DNA of 64,000 bases from Campylobacterota bacterium (lineage in GTDB: Bacteria; Campylobacterota; Campylobacteria; Campylobacterales; Sulfurimonadaceae), in assembly GCA_013607665.1 (NCBI GenBank), contig VCAX01000001.1, positions 396 to 64,395 of the forward strand. The letters are read 5' to 3'. Shown one piece after another: positions 10,763 through 20,294 of the stretch. Both the position numbers and the translations under genes were made by a program. The notes below the pieces were generated by a model that saw only the letters and a list, made by a program, of their open reading frames with translations, had not been told where the DNA came from and made no database searches. Each line of letters starts with the position of its first letter. Position 1 is the stretch's first letter.

Positions 10763-11446
10763 ATGAAAAAAACACTATTGGGAATATCTCTAATGGCTTC
10801 TACTCTATTATTTGCTGCAGAGTCGACATATACACAGTTCTTGAACACAGCTGTTGAAGATATATATGATATTCATAATTACTCAAAAACAAAGATGAGT
10901 GACTTGGCACAAAGTGACAAAGCTTTACAAGAGTATAATAGCAAACTCAATAAATATGAAGCAGAAGTATCTCTCTTTTTAAAAGAGAATAATATAAATA
11001 ATTTCACTTCAAAAGATGATGCAAACAAAGCACTTGATGAACTTGATAAGCTCAGTATTCAAAATGTACAACTTGCTAAGACAGTAGCATACCTTGCTTC
11101 CCATCATGCTGACAATGCAAATGAAAGTTATAACAATACACTCAAAGAGACTTCAAAAACCATATTAAGACTCTCTGATGACATTGGCGTCATGGCCGAT
11201 AGAATTTTACTTATGGCAAAAGAGATCGGTATAATGGCAGATAGAATTATAAAAACACAAGAGATCCAATCACAAAACCTTGCAGCAACACAAAAACTGA
11301 CACATTATGCAATGACGTTAACTGATGCACAAGTAACAGCCACAAGAAACAATGTAAATAATAATATGAACGCCGGTATGTCAAATATGAATAAGAACAC
11401 CAATCAAATGCAGTCGCAACAAGCATCGCAAACAACAATGCATTAG
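10763..11446 (+). CDS. Secreted helical protein with IGxMADRI repeats
   Basis: Signal peptide MKKTLLGISLMASTLLFA; DIGVMADRI and EIGIMADRI repeats; N/M/Q-rich tail. Confidence 0.85.
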   Translation: MKKTLLGISLMASTLLFAAESTYTQFLNTAVEDIYDIHNYSKTKMSDLAQSDKALQEYNSKLNKYEAEVSLFLKENNINNFTSKDDANKALDELDKLSIQNVQLAKTVAYLASHHADNANESYNNTLKETSKTILRLSDDIGVMADRILLMAKEIGIMADRIIKTQEIQSQNLAATQKLTHYAMTLTDAQVTATRNNVNNNMNAGMSNMNKNTNQMQSQQASQTTMH

Positions 11447-11484
11447 GATTTATGCTATAATTGTAAATATATGAGGAGTTCAGT

Positions 11485-11790
11485 ATGAGTATCTCAACGA
11501 ATGTATCATCACTGCAAGCAAATCAACTCTTTATGAATGCCAACGCGAACAATATCGCCAATGTCAATACAGATGGCTTCATTCCGACTGATACCCGCAT
11601 GGTAGATGAAAAAACATCAGTACGAGCGCAAACACGCTTAGCTGATGACACAGGTTCGCCAAAGAGTCAGACAGACCTTGCAAAAGAGATTCCCGATCAA
11701 ATTGTCATTGGTGGCGTAGCAGAAGCAAATGTTGCGGCTATCAAAACACAAGATGAAATGTTCGGTTCACTTTTAGACATCAAAGCATAA
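11485..11790 (+). CDS. Small flagellar basal-body rod/hook-like protein
   Basis: ANNIANVNTDGF N-terminal motif; DLAKEI..Q......ANV..IKTQDEMFGSLLDIKA C-terminal motif. Confidence 0.8.
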   Translation: MSISTNVSSLQANQLFMNANANNIANVNTDGFIPTDTRMVDEKTSVRAQTRLADDTGSPKSQTDLAKEIPDQIVIGGVAEANVAAIKTQDEMFGSLLDIKA

Positions 11791-11794
11791 AATC

Positions 11795-13096
11795 TCACTG
11801 CGTGAGAATATTCATGCTTTTTAACTGCGTGAGTATGGAAGCATTTTTATCATAATCTTTTAAATTGCTTCCAAGCTCCAAAGTGCTAAAAATTGGTTTT
11901 CCTATTATAAAACGTCCCTCTTTTTCATCTTTTTTAGTTTTAATCCCCCAAGTTGCATGAAAGACGATAGGCTCACCGTTTTTTACTCCTACAAAAAGTA
12001 AAATATGCCCTTTTTTATAGAGTAAAGTTTCAAAAGGAACCGCTTTTTCTTTAATGAGTTGCAGTTTTTGTGTATCGCTCAAACCTTCTAATGATATTAC
12101 TTTTCCAAGTTTACTCTGTTCGTATGAGTTTCTTGGAAGCCAAAGACCAAAGGGAGCGAAGAAATCACGTAAGATAGATGAGCAATCACGTTGTTGATAC
12201 ATGCCTCCCCAGCCATATTTTACAGCAGAGACTTCCTGAAATATCATTGCAATATTCTTTACATTAAATTCTAAAATACCTTTATGAAGTACTGATTTTG
12301 GAATTGTTGATCTAATATAAAAAGCTTCATTATTTTTATAATTTCCAATACTTAAAACTGTATAGCTTGCATTGTTTTCCTTTATCTCCGGTAAAAGCAT
12401 ACCTATGCGTGAACGAAACAGGAAGTTCCCTTGTGCATCATAAATAGGATGGGATTCTTTAATGACAAACTCTTTCTCAGCCTCCTGATAGAGTTTTGCA
12501 TATGCTTTTGGTATAAATGCTATATCTCTTGCTTTGACCCAACCATAAGCAAAACTCGCTTCAATAAACACCCACTCTTTATCTCGAGAATAGTGCGAAA
12601 CCAAAATAGGCTTATTTGGAGCAATCAAAGAGTTTTGCATATAGTCAAAAGGAAAGCCCTCTCCCGCTTTTTTTGGATCCATCAACAGTGGCTTGTCAGT
12701 TGGAAAAGCACGGATATTCAACGCTTTTAAGGTAATGGCGGGTTTATTGAGTGAACTATAGGCTGCAAAGTTCGAGCGAGCATAAATATCATCAAAAAAA
12801 GATTGCTTCAAAGGCTGTAGATTCTCTCCATAGCTATTGCCTACCCTAAAAGAACGATACGCCCACATCGCTTCTTTTTTAGAGATATCTATCTTTTTTA
12901 TATTCCATAGATTAAAATAGTGTTTTTCAAATGCTTCCAAAGAGGAGATATTTCGTTCATTTATTGTATCAAGATAAGCTGTAACACTTTGATTCACTTC
13001 AAGTAGATCTGATGGAGTCTCTTGTATTTTTGGAATCGGTTTTTGTGCACAGGCACTCAAAAACACTGCTATAAAAACATATAAAATATACCGCAC
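11795..13096 (-). CDS. SH3-domain NlpC/P60 (C40) peptidase lipoprotein
   Basis: Lipobox FLSAC; YGWGG..RDCS, LPRNS, GHI and FHATWG catalytic motifs. Confidence 0.92.
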   Translation of the reverse strand: MRYILYVFIAVFLSACAQKPIPKIQETPSDLLEVNQSVTAYLDTINERNISSLEAFEKHYFNLWNIKKIDISKKEAMWAYRSFRVGNSYGENLQPLKQSFFDDIYARSNFAAYSSLNKPAITLKALNIRAFPTDKPLLMDPKKAGEGFPFDYMQNSLIAPNKPILVSHYSRDKEWVFIEASFAYGWVKARDIAFIPKAYAKLYQEAEKEFVIKESHPIYDAQGNFLFRSRIGMLLPEIKENNASYTVLSIGNYKNNEAFYIRSTIPKSVLHKGILEFNVKNIAMIFQEVSAVKYGWGGMYQQRDCSSILRDFFAPFGLWLPRNSYEQSKLGKVISLEGLSDTQKLQLIKEKAVPFETLLYKKGHILLFVGVKNGEPIVFHATWGIKTKKDEKEGRFIIGKPIFSTLELGSNLKDYDKNASILTQLKSMNILTQ

Positions 13097-13105
13097 AACA
13101 CTCCC

Positions 13106-13762
13106 TTAATCAACATCACCAAATCTGCTTACAACACGACCTATCACTTCAACTTCATTCGGATCAAGCACCTGTGTCGGATAGACAGAGTTATCTGATA
13201 TCACATCAATCATACCATCCATACGCTGCTGCACGCGCTTAATGAAGAGTCCTGCCCCTGTTCTAATTGTAAAAATACCGCCACGATTGAGATCAGTTTT
13301 CGCTCTGTTTATAAATACAATGTCATTATAACTAAAAGTAGGCTCCATAGAGTCACCTGAGACACTAATCGCTTCAATATTTTTCAATTCTCTCTCACCT
13401 CCAAGCATAAAAACGAACTGCTGTGGAATTTCGAGCTCTTCTATCTCTTCTACATCACTATCCGCACCACCACCGGCACTTGCATTGATATCTGTAAAAT
13501 ATTTTATCATATAATTGTTTGTAGCTTCAACAAGGCTCTCTGGTGATTGTCCATACAACAGCCAGTTGATTGAAATACTTCGTTTTGCACAGAAATCAAG
13601 CAGTTCTGCAAAAGGAATTTTATTTCGTTTTTTCATTGTCGCAAAGTTCATCTGCGTAATTCCGAGTACCTCTGCAACATCTTTATCAAAAACCTTTTTT
13701 GGTGCAAATTCTGGAGATATTATACTTTTTATCTCTTCAACTACATCAGTAAAACTATTCAT
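13106..13762 (-). CDS. Phage CI/LexA-like repressor (HTH + S24 autopeptidase)
   Basis: HTH ending ISINWLLYG; ASAGGG cleavage-site motif; VSGDSMEP catalytic Ser; FIKRV catalytic Lys. Confidence 0.92.
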   Translation of the reverse strand: MNSFTDVVEEIKSIISPEFAPKKVFDKDVAEVLGITQMNFATMKKRNKIPFAELLDFCAKRSISINWLLYGQSPESLVEATNNYMIKYFTDINASAGGGADSDVEEIEELEIPQQFVFMLGGERELKNIEAISVSGDSMEPTFSYNDIVFINRAKTDLNRGGIFTIRTGAGLFIKRVQQRMDGMIDVISDNSVYPTQVLDPNEVEVIGRVVSRFGDVD

Positions 13763-13801
13763 TTTGACCCCTTTAATGATAAATATTTCACAGTATAGTC
13801 A

Positions 13802-13835
13802 ATTTTGCAAAGAAAATCAATAAATATTTTGCAAA
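13802..13835. promoter_or_regulatory. Candidate operator pair between divergent promoters
   Basis: ATTTTGCAAA at 13802-13811 and 13826-13835, each containing palindrome TTTGCAAA; -10-like TATACT (minus, 13792-13797) and TAGAAT (plus, 13871-13876). Confidence 0.45.
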
Positions 13836-13906
13836 TTGTCATATTTTTTTAAATAAATCCTATTTTTATGTAGAATTTGCTCAAGATAAAGAAAAAAGGA
13901 GACACT

Positions 13907-13990
13907 ATGTCACTTCTAATTAAAAATGCGGAAACACTTTTTGAAAGATTTGAGAGTAAAATGGAGATTTGGGCCGAGAAACTCTTCTAA
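13907..13990 (+). CDS. 27-aa amphipathic peptide (not in ORF track)
   Basis: Strong AAGGAG RBS, then MSLLIKNAETLFERFESKMEIWAEKLF*. Confidence 0.6.
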   Translation: MSLLIKNAETLFERFESKMEIWAEKLF

Positions 13991-14133
13991 GACTCTTTTT
14001 TATCTTGAAATTTTTCTTCTTTTTGTTGCTCTTCTTCTCTTTGCTGTGATTTTGTTTTATGGTAACCGCCAAATACAAAAATCATAAATAAAACAAAGAA
14101 AACAAGCATGAGCATATCAACAAAGGAATTCAT
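13987..14133 (-). CDS. Small single-pass membrane protein (48 aa, not in ORF track)
   Basis: Starts 3 nt after the trmL stop: MNSFVDMLMLVFFVLFMIFVFGGYHKTKSQQREEEQQKEEKFQDKKES*. Confidence 0.7.
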   Translation of the reverse strand: MNSFVDMLMLVFFVLFMIFVFGGYHKTKSQQREEEQQKEEKFQDKKES

Positions 14134-14136
14134 CTT

Positions 14137-14607
14137 TTAAGCCTTATCAAATGTAGCGTAGTTTTGGCGAATAGCATCATAGAGCACGATGCCTGTAGAG
14201 ATGGCAAGGTTAAGACTTCTACCCTCTTTTGTCATTGGAATCGTAATCGTTTGTGATTGGTACTTCTCTAAAATATTTTCAGGGATGCCTGCCGTTTCAC
14301 TGCCAAAAAAGATAAAATCACCCTCTTTAAAAGATGCTTGAAAGTAAGGTCTCTCTGTCTTTGTTGTTGCGAAATAGGCATTGTCTGTAATAACATTATT
14401 TGCAAAAAAATCATCAAGACTCTCCCATACATGCAAATCAAGCTTATCCCAATAATCCAAACCTGCACGACGCACCGCTTTTTCATCAATGTCAAATCCG
14501 ATAGGCTTGATAAGATGCAGTGATGCTCCTGCATTAACACAAAGACGACCAATCGCTCCTGTGTTATTTGGTATTTGTGGATGGACTAAAACAAGATTAA
14601 AAGCCAT
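14137..14607 (-). CDS. trmL: tRNA (cytidine/uridine-34 2'-O)-methyltransferase
   Basis: PQIPNNTGAIGRLC, RRAGLDYW, FGSETAG, RSLNL. Confidence 0.96.
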   Translation of the reverse strand: MAFNLVLVHPQIPNNTGAIGRLCVNAGASLHLIKPIGFDIDEKAVRRAGLDYWDKLDLHVWESLDDFFANNVITDNAYFATTKTERPYFQASFKEGDFIFFGSETAGIPENILEKYQSQTITIPMTKEGRSLNLAISTGIVLYDAIRQNYATFDKA

Positions 14608-15443
14608 TAGAAGATGACCGTTCTGTTTGCATAGACAAAGATTCTATCTTCAAGTGCAAGTTTGAGTGCGCGGGAGAGGACAACTTTTTCCACATCTTTT
14701 CCTGAGCGTTGCATATCTTTCCAGCTGTATGCATGGTTTACATGGATGACCTCTTGCGCGATGATAGGCCCTTCATCTAGATTGTTGTTGACAAAGTGTG
14801 CTGTAGCACCAATGATCTTCACACCTCTGTCATATGCTTGCTTATAAGGATTCGCTCCGATAAATGCCGGTAAAAAGGAGTGGTGAATATTAATAATCTT
14901 ATCTTCAAACGCCTCTACAAAACGCGGTGTCAATATGCGCATATATTTTGCAAGGACAATGTAATCAATATCTTTAAAACTGTTAATTGCCTCAATAATC
15001 CTGTTTTCATGTTCTGAACGTTCTAATCCCTCATGCGAGATCGTAATGTAGGGAATATGAAACTTAGAGACAAGCGATTCAAGCTCATCATAGTTTGATA
15101 TCACAGCCAGTATATTTGCTTCAAGCTCCCCTGCTTCATGGCGAATCAAGATATCACCAAGTGCATGCATCTCTTTTGTTGCCATAATGATGATATTTTT
15201 CTTTTTCGGTTCAATAACCTTGACACTTGAACTTTTTGGAAGTACCTTTGTGATAGCATCTGTCAATTCATTTTTATCAACATTACCATCAACGACGGAA
15301 CGCATAAAGAACTTATTGCTCTCTTTATCAACAAATTCACTGTTAGAGAGAATATTGAGGTCATAGTTATAAAAAATGCTTGAGACTTTATGAACGAGAC
15401 CCTTTTCATCATTTGCATCGATCAGTACACGGTATTGGCTCAC
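14607..15443 (-). CDS. purU: Formyltetrahydrofolate deformylase
   Basis: ACT domain; LAKYMRIL, INIHHSFLPAFIGANPY, LDEGPII. Confidence 0.97.
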   Translation of the reverse strand: MSQYRVLIDANDEKGLVHKVSSIFYNYDLNILSNSEFVDKESNKFFMRSVVDGNVDKNELTDAITKVLPKSSSVKVIEPKKKNIIIMATKEMHALGDILIRHEAGELEANILAVISNYDELESLVSKFHIPYITISHEGLERSEHENRIIEAINSFKDIDYIVLAKYMRILTPRFVEAFEDKIINIHHSFLPAFIGANPYKQAYDRGVKIIGATAHFVNNNLDEGPIIAQEVIHVNHAYSWKDMQRSGKDVEKVVLSRALKLALEDRIFVYANRTVIF

Positions 15444-15781
15444 TTCATATTTCCTTTTTGCAGTTTTTCAACTCTTGCATCGATTGTTGCAAGTGTATAT
15501 TCTAAAAAGTTAAGTGTCATATCTATTTTTGCTTCAATATTGACATTGTTCGGTGCTTGAAAACCTTCAAAAAGCACAAGCAGTCTTTCTCTAATGGAGT
15601 TGAGATACATCAACTCACTCTCTATATTTGAGGAAGCTTCTTCTGCAGGAGTTTTTATGAGAGACTCTTCTTGTCTTGCAACAGGGGAAGTTTGTTCTTC
15701 TTTTTTAGAAAGTTCTTGGGTCTCTGTGGTATCATCTTCCATCTCAGCCAATGTTGAGAGTATTACATCTTTTAATTCCAT
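15440..15781 (-). CDS. CiaD-like conserved Campylobacterota protein
   Basis: MELKDVILSTL..., RERLLVLFEG, DMTLNFLEYTLA; position upstream of purU. Confidence 0.75.
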   Translation of the reverse strand: MELKDVILSTLAEMEDDTTETQELSKKEEQTSPVARQEESLIKTPAEEASSNIESELMYLNSIRERLLVLFEGFQAPNNVNIEAKIDMTLNFLEYTLATIDARVEKLQKGNMK

Positions 15782-16020
15782 GCTTTTAATAACCACCTTT
15801 CAAACTCTTTAAACTCTACATCTGTATCCATCTTCAAGAAGAACTCTTTCATTTGGGTATTGACCCCTAAGAATTTTTTACGCATGCCGGACAATCTTCT
15901 TATAGCGATTTTCGCATCGGAGTTATTAGGATCTTTTTTTAAGATCTCTTTATATATCTCCAACGCCTCTTCTTTTAAACCTTGCAGTTCATAGATGTTC
16001 GCCAAAGTCAATGTCTGCAT
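15772..16020 (-). CDS. Small TPR-like protein
   Basis: MQTLTLANIYELQGLKEEALEIYKEILKKDPNN; start placed just downstream of the leuB stop. Confidence 0.8.
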   Translation of the reverse strand: MQTLTLANIYELQGLKEEALEIYKEILKKDPNNSDAKIAIRRLSGMRKKFLGVNTQMKEFFLKMDTDVEFKEFERWLLKAWN

Positions 16021-16030
16021 CTTTTGTACT

Positions 16031-17098
16031 CTACTTCTCGATGTAGTTTGCGATGATAGAACCCATCTCACTAGTAGAACAGATCTCTTTTGCATCGAAC
16101 TGTGCAAGGTCTTGCGTTCTGTATCCTTCAGCGAGTGCACGTTTTATCGCTGCATCTATTTTATCTGCTGCTTTGTTTTCACCAAGTGCATAATGCAGCA
16201 TCATAGAAGCTGAAGAGATAGTAGCAATCGGATTTGCAATTCCCTGTCCTGCGATGTCCGGTGCAGAGCCATGAATAGGTTCATAAACACCAATCTTCGC
16301 ACCGACAGAAGCCGATGGTAAAAGACCAATAGAACCAGAGAGCATAGAAGCCTCATCTGAGAGAATATCTCCAAAAATATTTCCAGTAAGCATTACATCG
16401 AACTGTTTAGGATCACGAATAAGCTGCATTGCGGCATTGTCCACATACATATGTGAAAGTTCCACTTCAGGATACTCTTTTGCAACCTCTTCGACAGTCT
16501 CACGCCAGAGCTGTGAAACATCAAGAACATTTGCTTTATCGATAGAGCATACACGCTTGTTGCGTGTCATCGCGATTTTAAAGGCTTGATGTGCGATGCG
16601 AACGATCTCATCACGAGTATAGACCATAGTATTCCAGCCTTTATCCTCTGTGCGTCCCTTTGGCTCTCCAAAATAGATACCACCGATAAGTTCACGTACA
16701 ACCATCAGATCAACACCACGAACAATTTCCGGTTTGAGTGAAGATGCGTTTGCAAGTTCATCATAGACAACTGCAGGACGCAAATTCGCATAAACACCAA
16801 GCTCTTTTCTAAAACGCAACAGTCCACTCTCCGGACGTTTTTCACGTGGAAGATTATCCCATTTCTCACCGCCGATTGCACCAAAAAGGACAGCATCTGA
16901 GTTAAGTGAGCCTGAAATGGTCTCTTGTGGAAGCGGATCACCTGTAATATCATACGCGCAACCACCCATAAGCAGCTCTTCATAGTTAAAATGAAAACCA
17001 CTGTATGATGCTACGGCATCTAAAACTTTCACTGCTTCATCAACAATCTCTGGACCAATTCCATCACCTTTAATAAGTGCTATTTTATATGATTTCAT
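16031..17098 (-). CDS. leuB: 3-isopropylmalate dehydrogenase
   Basis: [42 protein letters not shown]. Confidence 0.98.
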   Translation of the reverse strand: MKSYKIALIKGDGIGPEIVDEAVKVLDAVASYSGFHFNYEELLMGGCAYDITGDPLPQETISGSLNSDAVLFGAIGGEKWDNLPREKRPESGLLRFRKELGVYANLRPAVVYDELANASSLKPEIVRGVDLMVVRELIGGIYFGEPKGRTEDKGWNTMVYTRDEIVRIAHQAFKIAMTRNKRVCSIDKANVLDVSQLWRETVEEVAKEYPEVELSHMYVDNAAMQLIRDPKQFDVMLTGNIFGDILSDEASMLSGSIGLLPSASVGAKIGVYEPIHGSAPDIAGQGIANPIATISSASMMLHYALGENKAADKIDAAIKRALAEGYRTQDLAQFDAKEICSTSEMGSIIANYIEK

Positions 17099-17605
17099 CT
17101 ATTTTTTACCTTCTATTTCATTCTGTGCAAAGTTCATTAAACCACCTGCATCTATTAGTTCCTGCATAAATTCAGGAATTGGTGTAAAGCTATATGTTTT
17201 ACCTGTTGTCTTATTTGTAATAGTACCGGCATTCATATCGATACTGATCTCATCGCCTTGGCTTATCTTATTTGCCTCTTTGAGTTCAAAGATAGGCAGT
17301 CCCATATTAAAAGCGTTTCTATAAAAAATTCTTGCAAATGTCGGTGCAACGATTGCAGCGACACCGGCAGCTTTAAGTGCAATAGGTGCATGCTCTCGAG
17401 AGCTTCCGCAACCAAAATTTTCATCAGCGACTATAATATCACCCGGAGTCATTTTCTTAACAAACTCTGGATCGGCATCTTCCATAACATGTTTTGCCAA
17501 CTCTTCAGGTACTGAAGTGTTCAAATAACGCGCTGCTATGATTAAGTCTGTGTCGATATCTTTTCCAAATCTCCAAACTTTACCGTTTATGTTTGCTTTT
17601 TGCAT
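17099..17605 (-). CDS. leuD: 3-isopropylmalate dehydratase small subunit
   Basis: DIDTDLII, NFGCGSSREHA, FARIFYRN. Confidence 0.95.
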   Translation of the reverse strand: MQKANINGKVWRFGKDIDTDLIIAARYLNTSVPEELAKHVMEDADPEFVKKMTPGDIIVADENFGCGSSREHAPIALKAAGVAAIVAPTFARIFYRNAFNMGLPIFELKEANKISQGDEISIDMNAGTITNKTTGKTYSFTPIPEFMQELIDAGGLMNFAQNEIEGKK

Positions 17606-17689
17606 ATAAAATCCTACTGTTTTAGTAAATAATTTTGCGATTATATCCAAAAAGTGATTGAAGTTTTATAAAGGATATCTTCAAGCCTC

Positions 17690-18915
17690 CTAGTTCTCAT
17701 TATAAAACTGGAATTGACTTCGCCCTGCTTCTTTTGCTGCATACATTGCCATATCAGCTTTTTTTATCAGATCCTCTGCATTTTCTGCATCATTTGGATA
17801 GATTGCAATACCAATGCTGGTACTTATCATAAGTTTTGATTCTCCAATCTCAATTGGCTGCTGCATCGCATCTATAATTTTCTGTGCTACTGTTTTTGAT
17901 GTCGTTAACTCTTTGTTCTCTTCTAAAATTATCATAAACTCATCGCCGCCAATTCTTGCAAGTGTATCTGCTCCACGTAGACACTCACGCAGTCGTTGTG
18001 CGAAACGTTTGAGTATTGCATCTCCAACATCATGGCCATACTGATCGTTTATCTGTTTAAAATAGTCTATATCCAAGAAGAAAACACCTAAGGCACTTTT
18101 ATTTCTATCTGCCTTTTTCATCGCTACTGCAAGTCTGTCATTAAAGAGCGCTCTATTTGGCAAGTCTGTAAGTTCATCGTGGTTTGCTTTATAAGCGAGT
18201 AAATCCTTTTGCTTACCCAGCTCATCATGATATTTTTCCAATTCAGAGATCATAGTGTTGAAGTTCTTTGCCAACTCCCTTATCTCATCATTGTTATGAA
18301 CCTTGACATGAGTATTGAGCGTTTTTGTCATAATAATATTGGCAGTACTTTTATTTAATTCAGAAATAGGCAGCAATATCTTACGACTTAAAATCTTATA
18401 ATATTTTGATGTGAGCACAATAGAGAGAATAACAATCAATGTAATAAAAAACTTTGCACAAGCAGATGCAGTATGAACTCTTTCATAGAGTAGACAATAA
18501 TAAGATAACCGATACTCTTGCTTTCTGCTCTAACAGGTATAACAGTGTAGAGCTGCAATCCTTTCCAAAACTGTGTCTCTTTGAGATCCAATTTTTCAAG
18601 TTCTTGATTTTTTTTGTAAGGCTGTTTTTTTACATAGACACCTAATATTTTTCCATTTGTATCCAGGGCATACGCTTCAAGAATATTCTTTTCATACTTT
18701 AAAGAAGAGAGAGACTCTTCAATATTTTGTGTATCTTTAAAAAGAAAGGCCGGTGCGACATTTTGAGCGAGGACTTTGGCAAAAATTCTGTTTTGATATT
18801 TAACAATCTTAGCACCGTCTATATACTGATATAGAACAATAAAAAAAGATAGCGATAATACCTGCGATGATCGCTGTTGAAAGGTTCATAAAGTTAAGTT
18901 TTTTAGAAATTGGGA
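17690..18915 (-). pseudogene. Membrane diguanylate cyclase (TM-CHASE8-like-TM-HAMP-GGDEF), 5'-truncated with two frameshifts
   Basis: Intact RIGGDEF domain at 17690-18439. The upstream frame LAQNVAPAFLFKD..LSSL...ILEAYALDTNGKILGVY is open at 18440-18840. Frameshifts at A6 (18446-18451) and A7 (18841-18847); the N-terminus breaks off at ...PISKKL. Confidence 0.82.
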
Positions 18916-19483
18916 AAAGGCTGTAGATTACTGTGCAAATCTACGTATTGCTATCACTAAAAATATTGTCATCGATGACTTTTTGCTTCCAGATGCACAA
19001 GAGTTAGCGTCACTGAGAGACTATACTGCCAGACTCGACTATTCTGGAAGCATCTACTGGTCATCTTCTACAGACAAAAAACATATACAGTTTGCACAAT
19101 ATGTCTATATCAACAAAGAGAAGAACGGTTGGTACAACAAAAAAGGGGAAAGTTTTGTTCGTTGTGTTTCTCATAAAAACTATCCACTCGATCTATCTGT
19201 CAAAAAACTTGCCAAATATCTGATGAAAGCAGAACACTACTCCTACCTTGATGCCTGTGAATTTGCTGTTGTCCTCAAATATGGAAAACCGGTTGTAAAA
19301 CACATTGTAAAGATGAAAGACAACAAAGTAAAATTTCTTTTGCGTTCAGAAAAATACGATAAAAATAAAAACTATTTTTACTATAAAAACCATATTATAA
19401 ACAAAAAAGAAGGCATTGGCAAAGATCCTGATGTCAAGTTTGAAATCATTGATAACAAACTTGTTTTCAGAGACATTGACTAA
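18905..19483 (+). pseudogene. 5'-truncated DUF1566 (Lcl C-terminal-like) domain gene
   Basis: RNWEKAVDYCANL...DDFLLPDAQEL...YWSSS...VRCV; no start codon between the stop at 18880 and TTG 18983, so the domain starts mid-motif. Confidence 0.72.
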
Positions 19484-19489
19484 ACGAAA

Positions 19490-20278
19490 TTATCGCTTAA
19501 GATTATTTGTAGTTTGGAGCATTTCATCACTTGTTGTGATAATCTTTGAGTTGGCATCATAGGCACGCTGTCCTGTAATGAGGTCTGTAAGTTCTACTAC
19601 AAGTTCCACATTACTAAGCTCTACAAATCCTTGTCGAATAGTACCCAAACCATCTACTCCAGGAATTCCCTCTACAGGCTGTCCTGATGCATCTGTCTCA
19701 AGATAAAGATTGTCTCCCATAGAGTGCAGACCTGCAGGATTGATAAAGTTTGTCGTTTGAATTTGACCGATCTGTGTCGCCTGTATTTGCCCCGGCTGCA
19801 CAACTGTAACTGTTCCATCTGTACCGATACTTATACTTGTAGCATCAGGCGGCACAACTATTTGAGGGATGAGATAGTACCCGTCGCTGTTAACGATAGC
19901 ACCATCTTGGTCTAATTTAAAAGCACCGTTTTTCGTATAGACCTCAGTTCCGTCAGGCAGTTCAAGTTTAAAAAAGCCACGTCCTGTAATGGCAATATCG
20001 AGTTGATTATCCGTCTGTTTCAAACTTCCTTCTGAAAAAATTTTATTAATTGCCGTAGAGCGTACTCCAAGTCCCACTTCTATACCTGTAGGTGACTTCG
20101 TAGTGTCACTTGTAGATGTTCCTGCATACTCCATGACATGATACATAAGATCTGCAAACTCTGCGCGCCCTTTCTTAAAGCCTATTGTATTGACGTTGGC
20201 AATATTATTTGCTGTTGTGTCTATTTGTGTCTGCATTCCGAGCATTCCTGTCGAAGCAGTATAAAGTGATTGCATCAT
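19490..20278 (-). CDS. flgG: Flagellar basal-body distal rod protein
   Basis: ANNIANVNTIGFK, GIEVGLGVR, FINPAGL..G.NLY.ET, QRAYDANSK. Confidence 0.96.
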   Translation of the reverse strand: MMQSLYTASTGMLGMQTQIDTTANNIANVNTIGFKKGRAEFADLMYHVMEYAGTSTSDTTKSPTGIEVGLGVRSTAINKIFSEGSLKQTDNQLDIAITGRGFFKLELPDGTEVYTKNGAFKLDQDGAIVNSDGYYLIPQIVVPPDATSISIGTDGTVTVVQPGQIQATQIGQIQTTNFINPAGLHSMGDNLYLETDASGQPVEGIPGVDGLGTIRQGFVELSNVELVVELTDLITGQRAYDANSKIITTSDEMLQTTNNLKR

Positions 20279-20294
20279 TGTTCTATTCTCCTAT

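Noticed and set aside
13106-13762. Prophage suggested by the CI-like repressor
   Set aside because: No integrase, structural, replication or lysis genes and no att-like repeats nearby
13926-14087. Alternative 53-aa plus-strand ORF (MRKHFLKD...)
   Set aside because: No RBS; its hydrophobic stretch mirrors the Lys/Glu-rich tail of the minus-strand 48-aa ORF
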